A stretch of DNA of 64,000 nucleotides from Escherichia coli (GCF_048403405.1 NZ_CP183129.1), one strand, 5' to 3'. Shown: positions 1 through 10,257, numbered from the stretch's first letter. Numbers and translations are program-made. Notes: a model not told the origin generated them from the letters alone.

Positions 1-115
1 CCAGACTGACACCGCGCAGCGTCCCGGCACTGGGTTTCATCAGCGTGACCTGTTCGATAACCTGCTCACCACGTTTGACCGGATTGTCCAGGGTAATCAC
101 ATTTTCTTTGTTCAT
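1..115 (-). CDS. E: Tail assembly chaperone gpE, N-terminal part only (3-prime end beyond window start)
   Basis: Reverse complement of 1-115 reads MNKENVITLDNPVKRGEQVIEQVTLMKPSAGTLRG, the P2 gpE N-terminus as remembered; ATG at 115-113; positioned directly downstream of FII as in P2. Confidence 0.75.
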   Translation of the reverse strand, partial: MNKENVITLDNPVKRGEQVIEQVTLMKPSAGTLRGVSL

Positions 116-171
116 GGTTTTCTCACTTATGAATCGGGGTTAACCGGTCAGCCAGGCTGACCGGATGAAAA

Positions 172-690
172 TCACAGGCCGATATTGCGGCGGTGTTGCT
201 CCAGCCGGTCGACGCCGTTCACCTTCTCAATCATGTTGATGGTGTCGATTTCGACCAGCTCCTTACCGTCCATCGTCAGCCGGAAATAGGTGCAGACCAC
301 GGAGATTTTCGACTCGGTGTCTTCTCCCTGTTTACCCTCGCCGGTGTCGATTTCTTTCTGACGTCCACGCATGACCACCTCGACGGCCACCGTTTCGCCG
401 GTATCGTCACGCTGGTAAGAGCCTGCAAAACGAATCGGCACAGCATCCACACCGGTTGCGGCGTAAAGCTCCCAGATAACCGAATCCGGGAAGCCACCCA
501 GCGACCACTCCATTGACAGCGCATCGTCATCAAGGCCGAGGTCTACCGGTGCGCTGCCGTTCATTCCCGCACCGCGATAGTTTTCGAGCTTACGGGTCAG
601 TTTTGGCAGCGTGACGGACTTTGCAACGCCCTGATAGCTGTAGCCGTTCAGAAAGACGTTCATTAATTTGAGTTTGCGCGGCATTGCCAT
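172..690 (-). CDS. FII: Tail tube protein FII
   Basis: 172-aa ORF starting MAMPRKLKLMNVFLNGYSYQG; size and position after FI match P2 FII. Confidence 0.9.
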   Translation of the reverse strand: MAMPRKLKLMNVFLNGYSYQGVAKSVTLPKLTRKLENYRGAGMNGSAPVDLGLDDDALSMEWSLGGFPDSVIWELYAATGVDAVPIRFAGSYQRDDTGETVAVEVVMRGRQKEIDTGEGKQGEDTESKISVVCTYFRLTMDGKELVEIDTINMIEKVNGVDRLEQHRRNIGL

Positions 691-702
691 CGGTCAGGCT
701 CC

Positions 703-1893
703 TTAATTGCTGTTAACCGAGGTGACCAGATTTGCCAGGTATTTATCGGTAATACGCTGGCGCAGGGTCAGGTTTTCGAGAGGAGGCACCGGTGTATAGT
801 CGTAGTCGATATACAGTTTTCCGGCCTTGAGGGTTTCCGCATCGTTGGATTCTTCGCTGAACCAGCAGGTCGCATCCACGATATAGCCGTTTGTTTTCAG
901 CTCACGGAATTTGGCATTGATACCGTCAACGATGTCGCGAATCAGCGTTGCGGTGATGGGCTTGTCCACCGCCCACATGTGCGCCTCAGCCATCGTGTCG
1001 GCCAGCACCTGCGCGGTGCGGGTGTAGTTTTCAAAGAGGAACAGCGGGTCATCAGAGCAGGTACGGTTACCCCAGAAGCGGAAACCGTCGCGGCGAATCA
1101 GCGTAGTGACGCCTGACTCGTTAAGCAGGTCAGCATCGGTGCCGGACTCCTGCAAATCCCAGAATACAGATGCACTGATGCCGGTAACACCGTTCACCCC
1201 AACGTTGGACAGCGTTTTATGCCAGCCCTGCTCCTGGTCGATTTTAGCGCGCAGCCCCAGCGCACGGGCAGTGGCATACGCGGTGGCGGTGGTACTGGTG
1301 ACCGTATCCCATGCGAGGAAATCCGGCCAGATGACCATCAGCTCACGCTGGCTGAAATTCTGGCGGTAGGCTTTCACCTCAGAAATGGTTTTACAGCCCC
1401 ATGCGCTGATATACCCGAAAGCGCGCAGCTTCTGACAGACTGATGCCAGTGCAACAGCCACCTCTTTGGTATCCAGTCCCGGCACGCCGAGAATACGCGG
1501 TTTAACACCGGTTACCGACTCCGCCGCCAGCAGGGCTTTCAGTCCGGTGTACTGACCGTTTTCGTCGGTGGTACCGATGATATTGGAAACGGTCTGCGCA
1601 AGTTTCGTTTCTTCGTCGTCGCCGGTGCCGTCTTCCACGCGCACAACAACGGTGACCGGTTTTGACTGGTCAGCGATGGCCTGTAACGACGCCGCCAGCG
1701 TGCCTTTTTTACCGGCCTTTGCAATTGCGCTCTGCACATTGGTAATCAGCACCGGTTTATTGAGGGGGAAGGTTTCCGCATCTGCATCGCTGGCCGTGCA
1801 GACCATGCCGACAATGGCAGTGGATACGGTGGAAATGACGCGGGTGCCGTCGTTAATCTCCAGCACCTGCACGCCGTGATGATAGTCACTCAT
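703..1893 (-). CDS. FI: Contractile tail sheath protein FI
   Basis: ATG at 1893 (MSDYHHGVQVLEINDG...), GGAG 9 nt upstream; ~396 aa; tail-sheath-like sequence. The supplied ORF extends upstream to a non-ATG start. Confidence 0.9.
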   Translation of the reverse strand: MSDYHHGVQVLEINDGTRVISTVSTAIVGMVCTASDADAETFPLNKPVLITNVQSAIAKAGKKGTLAASLQAIADQSKPVTVVVRVEDGTGDDEETKLAQTVSNIIGTTDENGQYTGLKALLAAESVTGVKPRILGVPGLDTKEVAVALASVCQKLRAFGYISAWGCKTISEVKAYRQNFSQRELMVIWPDFLAWDTVTSTTATAYATARALGLRAKIDQEQGWHKTLSNVGVNGVTGISASVFWDLQESGTDADLLNESGVTTLIRRDGFRFWGNRTCSDDPLFLFENYTRTAQVLADTMAEAHMWAVDKPITATLIRDIVDGINAKFRELKTNGYIVDATCWFSEESNDAETLKAGKLYIDYDYTPVPPLENLTLRQRITDKYLANLVTSVNSN

Positions 1894-2353
1894 CCGTCTA
1901 ACTCCGTGGTTAATGGGTGAGTGGTATTTTCTGTTGTGCAGAGCATGAGACGCTATTTGACCTGGCTGGTCAGTGGATGAAACAACAGATAAAGAAAAGG
2001 CGGACAATCCGCCCGCCTGTCATGATTTGTACTCACTTATTTCCCGACTGACAATTTACATAGCCAAAACGCTATCAAATCTGACAGTCTGCTTTGAGCG
2101 AGGAGCGGAAGTTAAGGGGCGGTTTAGTATCTAACATGATCTATATGAAATAGTGATTCTTGGCGTATTGCTAATACAACCCCGATTTGATGTAACTCTT
2201 GTCCACTTTCATCTAACTTCCTCTTGTTCAGGTTCATTTTTAACTGCTAATATGCAGTATATAAAGGAACATGGGTTTACCGTTGTAAGATGCTGCTGAA
2301 AGGTAAGCATAATTATATTGTTAGGTGTCTTTTTATTTTTAAAGGCTTTAAAC

Positions 2354-3460
2354 ATGTCTAAAACACGCGATGATTTCAGCTCAAAAACTGTAAGAGCTCT
2401 AGCACTACGGGCTGGTTATAGGTGCTCATTCCCCGGTTGTAATCAGCTTACAGTTGGCCCCAGTGATGAATCCTTAACATCTATCACAAATATTGGGGTA
2501 GCTGCGCACATTCATGCCGCAGCTCCTGGGCCATTAGCAAGACGATATGATCCTAATCAAACACCAGATGAAAGGAAAGATATAAATAATGGCATCTGGA
2601 TGTGTGTTAATCACAGCGTTGAAATTGATAGAGATGAAATTAGATATACAGCAGAAATTCTTAAAGAAATGAAGAAAGCCCACGAAGAAGAGATTAAAAA
2701 AGAGGTGAGCAATGGTTCTTCATCAACCAAACATAATGATTTCATTGCAATAGGTATAGACATTATCGTTTTCGGAGAGCTTACCGGAATCTCAACCAAT
2801 GAGTGGACTATAAAATTTGCAAACTTCTTTACTGGCGATTTATCTAAGTTAATATCTTTCAACGAAAGATTCCACTCCATCCCTACCGAAGAAAAATTTA
2901 TTCTAGTTAATCAACTTGGTGAGGGGCGTTTGTTATCAGCACCAATAAAATTAAATAAATTACCAGATAGCTATGAAGTAATCGTCCCTGTTGAAATAGA
3001 CACTCCGCGCATCAATTGCAATAGCCTCCCAATGGATTTAGATATTTTCACGACAGGCGATTTATTTGTAAATAGTTCTGGTGATATAGCTACGATATCG
3101 GGGTTTGAAGCTTTACCACAAAAAATATATACTTCCCTTTCCACCATTAGAGGTGAGATTTATTCCCATCCAACATTGGGTTCCAGAATAAGACAGTTCT
3201 TCCATGACTTTGAAGGAACAATGTGGCTAGACAAATTAGTTAAATTAGAAGTTATACGCTTATCTTGTATACCAATTTTTGATTCAATCACAAAAAACAA
3301 ATACACTCCATTACATTGTGTAAAAAATGTCAAAAATATTCGGGTGATACCAACTGAATATAAAGATAGCAAATTACCTATTGAGTTCACCCTTGATATT
3401 GAAGGTTTCGGCATCTGGTCCAAAGAAATAAGTGTTTTCTCACCTAAATACGATGAATAA
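2354..3460 (+). CDS. Cargo protein with N-terminal HNH-like nuclease motif (C-x4-C ... AAHIHAA ... NGIWMCVNHSVEIDRD) and ~250-aa C-terminal region of unknown function
   Basis: ATG at 2354 preceded by AAAGG; 368 aa; low-GC by eye; sits at the P2 Z/fun variable position between G and FI, on the strand opposite to the late genes. Motif assignment is by eye, not by HMM. Confidence 0.6.
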   Translation: MSKTRDDFSSKTVRALALRAGYRCSFPGCNQLTVGPSDESLTSITNIGVAAHIHAAAPGPLARRYDPNQTPDERKDINNGIWMCVNHSVEIDRDEIRYTAEILKEMKKAHEEEIKKEVSNGSSSTKHNDFIAIGIDIIVFGELTGISTNEWTIKFANFFTGDLSKLISFNERFHSIPTEEKFILVNQLGEGRLLSAPIKLNKLPDSYEVIVPVEIDTPRINCNSLPMDLDIFTTGDLFVNSSGDIATISGFEALPQKIYTSLSTIRGEIYSHPTLGSRIRQFFHDFEGTMWLDKLVKLEVIRLSCIPIFDSITKNKYTPLHCVKNVKNIRVIPTEYKDSKLPIEFTLDIEGFGIWSKEISVFSPKYDE

Positions 3461-3983
3461 AATTGAAGTTCTTGAACCGCTATATTTGGCTCCGGTATTT
3501 ACTCCGTGAGTGGTATCCTAGGGCCCTGTGCGGAGGATTTCATTGTAATGCTCATACGCTGTAGCCAGGTTCATGTTTCTTCAGCAAGGCCATTTGGGCT
3601 AGTGGCCTGCTCCCCATTGCTCCACACAAAAAATTATTCGTTACGTCCGCTCCTGGCACACAGTAGACATCGAGAGACAGCTTCGAGCGATAATCAGAAG
3701 TTCGCAATTGTCATCACCCAAAAGTTGTTTATAACTTGTAGCAAGGTGCATTGTTCAACGTTGAGTTGGTCAAGTTCAGTTAATGATCGGACGATATCTC
3801 ACTCTGCCCAATAGCACATCTGTTTTACGGGAAGTGAGTTTCAACATCACGAGCTTTGTTAGTAAACATCACTTATTTATTAAGAATATGTTTCATAGAA
3901 CAGGGCCGGAGAACTTAATTTCATATTCTAAAAAGTGATGCGCAGACATCACTTTAAACTTTTTAAAGCGCGAAAACCCTACG

Positions 3984-4985
3984 TCAGAATTTGACAGTAG
4001 GAACGGTTGGCCAGATTCTAGCAATAGACTTAAACATAGTCTCCACAATATATTCGAGAACCTCATCATCAGGCTCTTTCATTAATGCTTTTACTTTATT
4101 TATTCTATCCTGAAGTGAAGGGTGAGATTTTGAAAAACCCCAGTTGTTTTTACCTAACATAGTAACGCTGAATAATGCACAGTATATAGAAAGTCTTCTT
4201 TTCCTGCTCACCAACACACGGTCATACATAGACTCTTCACAGTAATTATCTATATGGTCAAGGATGAATTTATTTGCAAACTCATCACATGAGAACTCTT
4301 CATTATGAGCTTGTTCTTGTGTGAATTCATTCATATCATAACTGGTACCTTCCTGCTGATGAATGATATGTCGGACTTCATGCAAAAATGCCCAAGCAGC
4401 AGCAATAATTGCTAATTCAGCTGTTGCTCTTTTAACTGGTTCGATTTTACTGTCAGGCATGGTGCCAGGTTCAGGAATTCCTATTGGTAGTGGTTTTTCA
4501 TCCGGTACCTCATCTTTAGCCGTGTTTTCAAAAGCGCAGATTAACTGTTCAAAGTTTACGAAGTCTGCCGAACTGAAATCAGCAAGTTCTTCCTGTAGCT
4601 CCTCGAGTAAAACATGTAATTCTGACTCGGTTGAGACTAATGATATTTTCTTTGAGTCAAAAAGATCTAAAATAGAATCCCTTTTATCGATAATGTCTTC
4701 AATTTTTTTATTTTGCTCAGTGTTTATTGCTTCGTAGCCCGCCATTGCAGCAAATGTTCCTATCCAGAACGTGCGCAAAACACGATGATTGAAGCGGATA
4801 AATCGATACATCCCCGCATCAAAAATAAATTTACCGTCTGTATGATTATCGCTATGATTTTGGAAGGTCATGTTAAATTTAGACCAGAACTCATCCAGTT
4901 CATTCTGACGCTCTGGAATAGAGGCTAAAAACATTTTTCTTACGCTGTCCTGAACTGTTTTATCTTCATTATGCTCTTCAAACAT
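3984..4985 (-). CDS. Cargo protein with HExxH motif (AWAFLHEVRHIIH), possible zinc metallopeptidase-like protein; acidic N-terminal half
   Basis: ORF 3984..5045; preferred start is ATG at 4985 with GGTGAG upstream (333 aa); alternative TTG at 5045 (353 aa). Convergent with the HNH-like gene; low-GC by eye. Confidence 0.55.
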   Translation of the reverse strand: MFEEHNEDKTVQDSVRKMFLASIPERQNELDEFWSKFNMTFQNHSDNHTDGKFIFDAGMYRFIRFNHRVLRTFWIGTFAAMAGYEAINTEQNKKIEDIIDKRDSILDLFDSKKISLVSTESELHVLLEELQEELADFSSADFVNFEQLICAFENTAKDEVPDEKPLPIGIPEPGTMPDSKIEPVKRATAELAIIAAAWAFLHEVRHIIHQQEGTSYDMNEFTQEQAHNEEFSCDEFANKFILDHIDNYCEESMYDRVLVSRKRRLSIYCALFSVTMLGKNNWGFSKSHPSLQDRINKVKALMKEPDDEVLEYIVETMFKSIARIWPTVPTVKF

Positions 4986-5248
4986 TTGCTCACCTATATT
5001 GCTGTTAATTTTATCTAATGATGAACCGAGTGGGTTGTTTACCAAGCCTCATGTTACATGTTTTTTGCTTTCCGAATATTTAAGCGTTAGAAGCAAGTAG
5101 GAAAAACGTAGAGCAGTTAACCAAGGCTTTCTACAGGCAGATTAACATAACTTGGTCAGGAATGTCCGCTCTTGGCACATAGCGGACTGTCAGATTAGGC
5201 TTTACTCTGTGCTATAGATATGTAAGCTCACACCAGAGATCATACAAC

Positions 5249-5776
5249 TTATTGCGGCATTTCCGGCCATTCGGGATTTGCAGGATCCACACGACTGACC
5301 AGAACGCTGTAGCGTTCCCATGCTTCCAGTCGGCTGCGTTCCTCATCCGTCGCCATATTCAGCCTGACAGCGCGTTCCAGCGGCAAAATCACGGATTCAG
5401 CTTCGGAAAGTAAAGCTGCCTTTTGTGATTCTGCCTGTTGCTCCTGTTCATCTGCCGTATAAATCCGCTTAATCACGGCACCATCCTTAAACATCCATTT
5501 ACCTGAGTCATCAGCACGTCGGTTGGAGGTAATATCAGGAACCTCGACAACGCTGAAACCTTCAGGGTTAAGCGTTGAAGCATCTCTGGTGATGCCGACA
5601 ATTATATTATTCTCGTCGTAAACAATCTTTATCGTGTCTTCCTGAAAATTACTTACTTCCTCATACCAGTTTTTTCCCTCTTCGGACCATAACCAGATAA
5701 CATCAAAATTTTTTGTCAGTTGATATTGGGCAACAGTTTTTGGATTACCCGCAGTAATATTTTTTAAATGCTGCAT
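5249..5776 (-). CDS. G: Tail fibre assembly protein gpG
   Basis: 175 aa, [19 protein letters not shown]..., immediately downstream of H as in P2. Confidence 0.85.
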   Translation of the reverse strand: MQHLKNITAGNPKTVAQYQLTKNFDVIWLWSEEGKNWYEEVSNFQEDTIKIVYDENNIIVGITRDASTLNPEGFSVVEVPDITSNRRADDSGKWMFKDGAVIKRIYTADEQEQQAESQKAALLSEAESVILPLERAVRLNMATDEERSRLEAWERYSVLVSRVDPANPEWPEMPQ

Positions 5777-5779
5777 AAA

Positions 5780-7825
5780 TTACACCTGTGCGACGTTATA
5801 CCATGTGCCATTGATGTATTTTTGTATTGGCCTGAATACTGCGGGGTCATCACCATCGACTTCACCGACAATACCAAGCCCGGTAATTACGTGCCCTGCT
5901 TTCTCATACATCACCCCTTTCTGCATGGTCTGGACAACACGTGTGCCAAGTCTGATATCTCTCACATAGCGGGAATCAAAGTTACCGTAATCCGAGGGAT
6001 TAACACGCCCCGTAATATTTATGGTCTTATTACTTTGAATGCTTCCGGAAACAAAGCGCATAACATGGACGTTATTAGCATAAACATCCAGATTACCATC
6101 GCCATTTTGTTTAAATCCGGTGTCGTTATCACCAAGAACAATAGAGTTCCCACCCAACGCGTTATTCGTGCCAAGTGCCAGCCCGCCATCAATCCTGGCA
6201 CCATTACCAACAGACACAACTCCTGTTCTTAAGTTGATGCCGAATGGCCTTAATGGCCCAATATCTCCATTTTCACCCTCATTTTCTCGTGTAGGAATGA
6301 TATACAGGTTTTCTTCAGAACGGCGAAAAATAGCACCAAAAGATGAATTAAATATCCTCAGCGCATTGACTGTAGATATTTTTACTTCACTGCTGAAAAG
6401 GGCTTTAACAAGAACATACAGAGCATCCCATTTAAGATTCATCAGGTCTTTTGTTGTGGTGCTCTGGCGACTTCTCCATTTGAAATATTCATTGCCGTTA
6501 TCCCCCGTTTCAAACCACATGTATGAATCAGTGTCACCATCGGCATCATTTTTAAATCCAATCTTCGCCCAGTCAGTATTTCGAATCCAGGCAAGGATTG
6601 AGTCGTTTTCAAAAGTAAGTCCACCGGACAAGGTATCGCCATTTTTTTGCACGGCGTTCCCGGCTCGGTTTACCGTTTCCTGTAAACCGAGATATTCGAT
6701 AACGGCGGCAACGGTCGATTTAGCCAGAATATCCCGCCCGACTTTTGTCAGGGTCGCCAGGCTGGCAACATCATTCCCCGTAAAATACGGAAACCTGTCT
6801 GCCGCAGTAGCAAGCCCCGCCAGCGCCGTCAAAGTGGCATCTTTCGGTTGCTTACCCGCAAGCGCATTAGTCATGGTGGTAGCAAAATTCGGGTCATTGC
6901 CCAGCGCCGCCGCCAGCTCGTTCAGCGTATTCAGTGCGTCAGGCGACGAGTCTACAAGGGCGGCAATCGCGGCCATAACGAAAGCCGTGTTTGCGATCTG
7001 AGTATTATTCGTTCCCTGTCGCGCAGTTGGCGTCGTTGGCGTTCCGGTCAGTGCAGGGCTGTTTAATGGCGCTTTCTTGTTCGTTTCATCCATTACCGTC
7101 TTAACGGCTTTTGGTGTTGCGGCGAGCGTTTCAGACGTGCTGTTGGTCGCACTACTGAGCTGGACAAGGCCTTTTCGCGCTATGGTGGCGTCCTGTGCGG
7201 TATATTTCCCGTTAGCAAGGTCATACGCGGCCTTTACCGCTTTCGGCGTTGCGGCCAGTGTTTCAGACGTGCTGTTGGTCGCACTGCTTAACTGAGTAAA
7301 ACCTTTTGCGGTCAGCGAGGCGTCAGGGTGACGTCGTGACTGTTCATGTTCTGCAATTTTGTCATCAACGTAATCCTGCGTTGCCATCACCGTTGTGGTG
7401 TCAATGGTCAGCTCCACTGAGGCCACACTGCTGACGATGATGACCATGCGGCAGGTCTGCGAACGCCCTGAGCCTTCGGCAAGGGCTGGCTTATAACTTT
7501 CGGCCATGTTCGCCACGGCAATTAGCGTTCCCGCATCATCGTACAGGCCAAGTTCACGCATCCAGAAACCGCCCACCTCCGGCGGAATAACCAGCTCTGC
7601 GATAATATAATTACTGTTTCGTTTGTCCTGGCTGATTTTGTTCAGCGCATGTCGCCAGACTTCGTGGATAAGCCCGGTCTGTCCGGCATCCGGGACAGGC
7701 AATTTACCACCGCCATCCCCGACGGCCATCGTGGTAATGTTGACCTTCCGCCCTCCCGGTGCGGTTGCCGCTGCCAGCTTTGCTGCACCGGCAGTGGTGA
7801 TAACGGTTTTGAATTTTGTGCTCAT
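5780..7825 (-). CDS. H: Tail fibre protein gpH
   Basis: 681 aa; conserved N-terminus MSTKFKTVITTAGAAKLAAA; internal repeats LSSATNSTSETLAATPKAVK; variable C-terminal receptor-binding region. Confidence 0.9.
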   Translation of the reverse strand: MSTKFKTVITTAGAAKLAAATAPGGRKVNITTMAVGDGGGKLPVPDAGQTGLIHEVWRHALNKISQDKRNSNYIIAELVIPPEVGGFWMRELGLYDDAGTLIAVANMAESYKPALAEGSGRSQTCRMVIIVSSVASVELTIDTTTVMATQDYVDDKIAEHEQSRRHPDASLTAKGFTQLSSATNSTSETLAATPKAVKAAYDLANGKYTAQDATIARKGLVQLSSATNSTSETLAATPKAVKTVMDETNKKAPLNSPALTGTPTTPTARQGTNNTQIANTAFVMAAIAALVDSSPDALNTLNELAAALGNDPNFATTMTNALAGKQPKDATLTALAGLATAADRFPYFTGNDVASLATLTKVGRDILAKSTVAAVIEYLGLQETVNRAGNAVQKNGDTLSGGLTFENDSILAWIRNTDWAKIGFKNDADGDTDSYMWFETGDNGNEYFKWRSRQSTTTKDLMNLKWDALYVLVKALFSSEVKISTVNALRIFNSSFGAIFRRSEENLYIIPTRENEGENGDIGPLRPFGINLRTGVVSVGNGARIDGGLALGTNNALGGNSIVLGDNDTGFKQNGDGNLDVYANNVHVMRFVSGSIQSNKTINITGRVNPSDYGNFDSRYVRDIRLGTRVVQTMQKGVMYEKAGHVITGLGIVGEVDGDDPAVFRPIQKYINGTWYNVAQV

Positions 7826-7835
7826 TATTCCTCAC

Positions 7836-8366
7836 TTATCCGGGGTAAACCGTAATTACATCGCCGTCATAAGCCACACCACCGACGAACAGGTAGCCGG
7901 GAATGTCCCGGGTAATGTTCAGGCCAATAAGGTGGCGGCTTGCAGGTTTGGCATCAGCAATCAGCCGTTCCATTTCCTGATACATTGCCTCTGTGATACC
8001 GCTTTCCAGTACACCAATATCAAGCCGGAAGGTGCCGGGCGGGTCACTGGTTTCCCACCACTCCGTCACGTTGATGAGATAGCCCAGCGGCTCCACCACA
8101 CGCCGGATTGCACCTATAGTGCCTTTATGACAGTGGATGAAATAGGCATCGCGAATAACGGCGCGTTTGGTCGCTTCCGGCCACTTTTCATCCCATCTGT
8201 CGACCGAAAACGCCCACGCCAGCCACGGCAGCAGATTTGCCGGGCAGGTGTCCGGGTTCCACAGCTCACGAATACTGACCGGCGTTTTTTCAATTTCCGC
8301 ACAGGCTTTTGCAGCGGCGACTTCAAGCGGTGATGAGCCGGTCGGCAGCAGGCGCGAATCACTCAT
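7836..8366 (-). CDS. I: Baseplate assembly protein gpI
   Basis: 176 aa, position and size as P2 I. Confidence 0.85.
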   Translation of the reverse strand: MSDSRLLPTGSSPLEVAAAKACAEIEKTPVSIRELWNPDTCPANLLPWLAWAFSVDRWDEKWPEATKRAVIRDAYFIHCHKGTIGAIRRVVEPLGYLINVTEWWETSDPPGTFRLDIGVLESGITEAMYQEMERLIADAKPASRHLIGLNITRDIPGYLFVGGVAYDGDVITVYPG

Positions 8367-9267
8367 CCGAGCCTCCGGTCACGACGCGGTATTCGGTACA
8401 GAAAGACGCCTGCGTACTGTTGAGCACGATGTCGGCCAGCGGTGCAGCCAGTTCGACACGCTGCACGCCTTCCACATGCAAAGCGGCATAAATGGCAGAC
8501 AGTCGGATGTCGCGCCCCAGCCGGTGCTGTGCCGTGATATACGCTTCCAGTTTTTTCACGGCGGCAGCGCGAATGGGTTCGCTTTTGGGGCCAGGGTAAA
8601 GGTAAAGCATGGCATTTATCTGGTATTCAACGATGGCGGCAGACTGCACGGTCACACGGTCGGCCACCGGTCTGACGTCCTCGCCATTCAGGGCGTTGCG
8701 CACCACAGCCAGCAGGTCTTCAGATGCCACACCGTTATTTTCACGTGACAGCACAGAGATGGTGACACAGGCCGGAGACGGACTGGTGACAGAGATATCC
8801 GCGACACGCCCGTCGGCACTGCGACCATGATACTGATAGGCTCCCACCGACCCGGCGACGCTTAAGCCTTCAAACGCCTGCTGAATACGCAGACGATAAT
8901 CGGTGTCAGACTCCATCACTGCCGGTGTCGGCGGGATAGTCGAATCATCTGCCGGGGTGATAGTCAGGCGCGTGGTGTTGTAATTGGCACCAATCACATC
9001 AAGGTCATTACCGGCTGCACAGGCCAGCATCACCGCCCGTGCAGCCTCATTCACACGCTGACGCCAGATAAGCTCGCGATACGCATTTTCCTCCAGCAGT
9101 TTGACGAGAGGCTCGGATTCCAGCGTCAGGGTACGGGCGACCGCCTCCTGCTGGTCTTCCGGGTAAAGGGAAATCAGTGTCGCCTTGCGTTCGGCAAGAA
9201 TGGTTTCAAAGTCCAGCTCCTCGACCACATCCGGTGCGGGTAGCTGGTTCAGGTCGATAATCGGCAT
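8359..9267 (-). CDS. J: Baseplate assembly protein gpJ
   Basis: 302 aa, overlaps I start, as in P2. Confidence 0.85.
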   Translation of the reverse strand: MPIIDLNQLPAPDVVEELDFETILAERKATLISLYPEDQQEAVARTLTLESEPLVKLLEENAYRELIWRQRVNEAARAVMLACAAGNDLDVIGANYNTTRLTITPADDSTIPPTPAVMESDTDYRLRIQQAFEGLSVAGSVGAYQYHGRSADGRVADISVTSPSPACVTISVLSRENNGVASEDLLAVVRNALNGEDVRPVADRVTVQSAAIVEYQINAMLYLYPGPKSEPIRAAAVKKLEAYITAQHRLGRDIRLSAIYAALHVEGVQRVELAAPLADIVLNSTQASFCTEYRVVTGGSDE

Positions 9268-9271
9268 GGTT

Positions 9272-9619
9272 TCAACTCACAGGGATGGTTAATGAAAGTG
9301 GCTGGCCGGTGTCGTTGTGCTGGCCGGTTAACGTGACCGTCATTCGCCCGTCAAAGCTGCGCGCCGTGGTAACGGATGACAGGGTGACGCGGGGTTCCCA
9401 TTTCAGCACCGCCATGTAACAGGCGACCTTAATCTGCAACTCAAGCGCCGGGGTCTGCGGCTGGTCAATCATTGACGCCAGCAACGAGCCGTAATCACGA
9501 CGCATCACCCGTGAGCCGACCGGCGTGCGCAGGATATCGCCGATACTCTGGCTGATATGCTCAAGGTCAGTGACAGTCAGGCCATCACTGCGATTCATTC
9601 CGAGATAACGCGCTGTCAT
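9272..9619 (-). CDS. W: Baseplate protein gpW
   Basis: 115 aa, P2 order. Confidence 0.85.
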   Translation of the reverse strand: MTARYLGMNRSDGLTVTDLEHISQSIGDILRTPVGSRVMRRDYGSLLASMIDQPQTPALELQIKVACYMAVLKWEPRVTLSSVTTARSFDGRMTVTLTGQHNDTGQPLSLTIPVS

Positions 9620-10257
9620 TTTGTCCCCTGCGTCCAGTTGTCACCTGACTTAACACCACCGTGACCGTGGTCATCCACCTGAACGCCGTTAGAAGTGAAT
9701 TTCCCGTCGGTATGCTCGATGTTGCCGTGCATCTTCCCGCCCTTCTGCACTTCCAGCGTGCCGGTAATCAGCCTGTTGGTGCAGACCACCTCCGGTGTGT
9801 CCAGGGTGACGCGGGTTGATGCTTTCACCATGACCACCGGCACCGTGGCAGTAACAGAATCAGAAGCCGTCACGCTGGCTGTTTTAATTCCGCTTACCGT
9901 GAGTGCACTGGTTTCGGGTTCATATTCAATCACCGCCCCGTCAGGGAAACGGATATGCAGGGCATCCGCCGACGCAGACGGCGCGGGGTTATCGCCGGAA
10001 TAAATCCCCGGCAGAACGAACGCCGTGTCGAGTTCACCGCCCACGGCCAGAATCAGCACCTGCTCCCCCACGGAAGGTGCCCACCATGTGCGCGAACGAC
10101 CGGCACGATGGGTCAGCCACTGAAGCCAGTCAGTGCACATGCCGCCGGTCTGCACACGGCAGCGACCGGCGTTAAGGTCGGTTTCGACGATAATGCCGGT
10201 GCGAATCATGTTGCGCAGTGCGCGCGCGAGTTCCTGAATATTTGCGAGAGTGTTCAT
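9616..10257 (-). CDS. V: Baseplate spike/assembly protein gpV
   Basis: ATG at 10257 (MNTLANIQELARAL...); the supplied ORF uses an upstream TTG. Confidence 0.85.
   Translation of the reverse strand: MNTLANIQELARALRNMIRTGIIVETDLNAGRCRVQTGGMCTDWLQWLTHRAGRSRTWWAPSVGEQVLILAVGGELDTAFVLPGIYSGDNPAPSASADALHIRFPDGAVIEYEPETSALTVSGIKTASVTASDSVTATVPVVMVKASTRVTLDTPEVVCTNRLITGTLEVQKGGKMHGNIEHTDGKFTSNGVQVDDHGHGGVKSGDNWTQGTK

Noticed and set aside
3506-3814. 102-aa ORF in the spacer between the two Z/fun hotspot genes
   Set aside because: No recognisable RBS, Cys/Ser/His-rich low-complexity translation; more likely non-coding. The region is reported as a finding instead.
6120-7001. 293-aa ORF on the plus strand
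   Set aside because: Antisense to the tail fibre gene H; Ser/Pro/Ala-rich composition typical of a shadow ORF.
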